Both the position numbers and the translations under genes were made by a program. DNA of 64,000 bases. Source: Paratractidigestivibacter sp. (GTDB taxonomy: Bacteria; Bacillota_I; Bacilli_A; Erysipelotrichales; Erysipelotrichaceae). Where the stretch lies: positions 440-64,439 of the forward strand of contig CAVDDT010000034.1 in assembly GCA_963607765.1 (NCBI GenBank), read 5' to 3'. Shown in pieces: positions 62,030 to 64,000 of the stretch; position 1 is the first letter of the stretch, and every line of letters starts with the position of its first letter. The notes below the pieces were generated by a model. That model saw only the letters and a program-made list of their open reading frames with translations. It was not told where the DNA came from and did not search any database.

Positions 62030-63502
62030 ATGGAAGAAGAAAATAAGGTTATTGTAAAGCTTAAGAAGCAACCTCTTAAGTCTGAAAGAGAAGAAATTAT
62101 GCAAGAAAAGAAAAAGAAGAGAGTTATTATAATTGCTTGCGTACTATTGTTTATAGTAGGTGTGGCAATTGGTTCTGTTTCGATGTATTTTCTAAAGAAT
62201 AATGTTGAGACTACTACTTATAGTAAGCTTGATGAAATTAAGTCTTATTTAAAAAATGTATGGCTTTATAGAGATGATTATGAGGATATTGACACAGAAC
62301 TAGAAGATAAGGCTTATTATGGCATGACTAGTTTTGATGAAGATCCTTATACAACGTATATGTCTTCTGAGGAATTAAGTAGTTACGCTAGTTCTATTAA
62401 TATGAATTATGTTGGGATTGGTGTTTCTTATAACGTGAATAATTTTACGATTATTCGTGTATATAAGGATTCTCCCGCTGAGAATGGCGGCCTTTTAGCT
62501 GGTGATAAGATTCTTAAGGTTGATGGTGAATCAATAGACGGAAAGACTTCTGATGAAGTTAAGTCAATGGTTACTGGAGAAGAGGGAACTACTGTTGATA
62601 TTACGGTTTTAAGAGATGGCGAAGAAATTGCTTACACTATCGTTAGAGGCAATGTTGATAATACGGTCTATGCAACTAAAGAAGATGGTTATGTTTACCT
62701 AGAAATTATGTCATTTGGAACTAATACCGGCAATGAATGCATTAAGTATCTAGATGAATACAAAGATGAGAACAAGATTATTATTGATCTTAGAAATAAT
62801 ACTGGTGGTTATGAAAAGGCAGTTCAAGAAGTTGCTGGCGTTTTCCTTGGCAAAGATAAGGTAGTTATGCATAAGGTATATAGTAAAACCAACATCGATA
62901 CTGACTATACTATTTCTAATGCTTACTATGATAACTTTAAGGATATTGTCATTCTTACAAACGGTAGTACAGCTAGTGCTGCTGAGGTTCTTACTATTTG
63001 TCTTAAGGAACAACATGATAATGTGACTATCGTTGGTAAGACTACTTATGGTAAAGGCGTTATGCAGACAAGTTATAGTTTAAGTGATGGCAGTGCTATT
63101 AAGGTTACCACTGCTTATTGGACTAGTCCAAATGAAGTTTCAATTAATAAAACTGGTATTAATCCTGATGTAGAAGTTGATCAACATCCTATTATGTCTG
63201 AGACTATCTATACTTTTGAAGAAGATGACTCTTATACATATGACAGCGTTTCAAATTACGTGTTAATAATGCAAGAATCTCTTGATTATCTAGGATATGA
63301 TGTTGATAGAACTGATGGCTATTTTTCTAAACAAACTGAGAACGCTTTAAATAAGTTTAAGGCTGACCATAACTTGGATGAAGATGGTGTTCTTGATTAT
63401 AAGACTTATAATGAGATTTATTCTGTGGTAGCTAGTACTAATACTAGTGATACTTCTAAGGATAATCAATTAATGAAAGCTGTGGAGATTATAAATGGCT
63501 AA
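62030..63502 (+). CDS. S41 carboxy-terminal processing peptidase with PDZ and C-terminal PG-binding domain
   Basis: PDZ (SPAENGGLLAGDKILKVDG), DLRNNTGGY, NGSTASAAE, TYGKGV, and a C-terminal PG_binding_1-like segment (..ALNKFKADHNLDEDGVLD..). Confidence 0.88.
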   Translation: MEEENKVIVKLKKQPLKSEREEIMQEKKKKRVIIIACVLLFIVGVAIGSVSMYFLKNNVETTTYSKLDEIKSYLKNVWLYRDDYEDIDTELEDKAYYGMTSFDEDPYTTYMSSEELSSYASSINMNYVGIGVSYNVNNFTIIRVYKDSPAENGGLLAGDKILKVDGESIDGKTSDEVKSMVTGEEGTTVDITVLRDGEEIAYTIVRGNVDNTVYATKEDGYVYLEIMSFGTNTGNECIKYLDEYKDENKIIIDLRNNTGGYEKAVQEVAGVFLGKDKVVMHKVYSKTNIDTDYTISNAYYDNFKDIVILTNGSTASAAEVLTICLKEQHDNVTIVGKTTYGKGVMQTSYSLSDGSAIKVTTAYWTSPNEVSINKTGINPDVEVDQHPIMSETIYTFEEDDSYTYDSVSNYVLIMQESLDYLGYDVDRTDGYFSKQTENALNKFKADHNLDEDGVLDYKTYNEIYSVVASTNTSDTSKDNQLMKAVEIING

Positions 63503-63920
63503 AGATAATGTATTGTCTTTGTTGACACCAAAGGCATCACTGATTTATTTAAATGATAATGTGACAATTAGACAGGCTCTAGAGAAGATGAGAGTTCATC
63601 GTTATACAGCTATTCCAATTGTTAATCACGAAGATGGAACTTATGTTGGTTCCATTGCGGAAGGTGATCTTCTTTATAACTTAATTAAAGAAGAAAGTGT
63701 TTCAGTAAAGGAACTTGAAGATAAAAGCGTAATTAGTATTATTAGACCTAGATTTATGCCAGCCATGAAAGCTGATACTTCAATGAAGGAACTAGTTGAT
63801 TTAATTACTATTCAAAACTATGTGCCTATTGTGGATGATAGAGGAATCCTTATGGGTATTGTCACAAGAAAATCAGCTATGAAGTTTCTTATTTCTAAGA
63901 TTGAGGGGCAAGATGATTAG
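63495..63920 (+). CDS. CBS-pair domain protein
   Basis: 141 aa with two CBS repeats (..HRYTAIPIVN.. and ..QNYVPIVDDRGILMGIVT..). Confidence 0.8.
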   Translation: MAKDNVLSLLTPKASLIYLNDNVTIRQALEKMRVHRYTAIPIVNHEDGTYVGSIAEGDLLYNLIKEESVSVKELEDKSVISIIRPRFMPAMKADTSMKELVDLITIQNYVPIVDDRGILMGIVTRKSAMKFLISKIEGQDD

Positions 63921-64000
63921 CAATTTATTGGCATCTAGTTTAATTTACAATAAAATACAAAAATGATATATTTTAAGTGTATTAAATGAAGGCGACTTCA

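Noticed and set aside
1-64000. CRISPR arrays, IS elements or transposases, integrases, prophage blocks, rRNA genes, and known defence systems (RM, Abi, CBASS and similar).
   Set aside because: I saw no direct-repeat/spacer periodicity, no transposase or integrase motifs, and no rRNA-like sequence. The only mobile or defence-like traces are the two decayed toxin genes and the single DUF5131 gene.

Overview
AT-rich, gene-dense bacterial chromosome segment of the low-GC Bacillota type. About 85% of genes are on the + strand. The housekeeping backbone resembles the origin-proximal region of Bacillus: ychF, tilS-hpt-ftsH, tmk-holB-ricT-rsmI, mnmE, tatD, pth-mfd-rqcP-divIC, argS, nrdD, rpmE-tdk-prfA-prmC and ftsEX. 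No sporulation genes are interleaved, so a non-sporulating lineage such as Erysipelotrichia is a guess only. RNA and cis elements found: one tRNA-Arg(UCU), one FMN riboswitch in front of ribU, and many clear hairpin terminators. No rRNA, CRISPR array, IS element or prophage was seen. Two decayed toxin genes are present: a HipA-like kinase (113-954) and a YoeB-like RNase (15832-16041). The most unusual region is a gap-free eight-gene block at 16699-24642, bounded by strong terminators. It joins an XpaC-like membrane protein, an unknown protein, a tandem AAA+ ATPase with a dead first module, and a GNAT. These are followed by a partner-switching set with no sigma factor: a membrane PP2C phosphatase fused to an RsbW-like kinase, an HD alarmone-hydrolase-like protein, a STAS domain fused to an APH-fold kinase, and a single-domain STAS. 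Other notable points follow. Many operon-leading genes have a -10 box 6-8 nt before the ATG and no Shine-Dalgarno, which suggests leaderless mRNAs. The Rrf2 regulator and a cystine-type ABC operon share a divergent promoter flanked by a 10-nt inverted repeat. nrdD has no adjacent nrdG but a three-Cys DUF5131 gene lies immediately upstream. There is an arginine-themed cluster (short ADI, nitroreductase, tRNA-Arg, argS). FtsE carries an insertion and a roughly 105-aa acidic tail. All family assignments come from motif recognition by eye; no database search was run.
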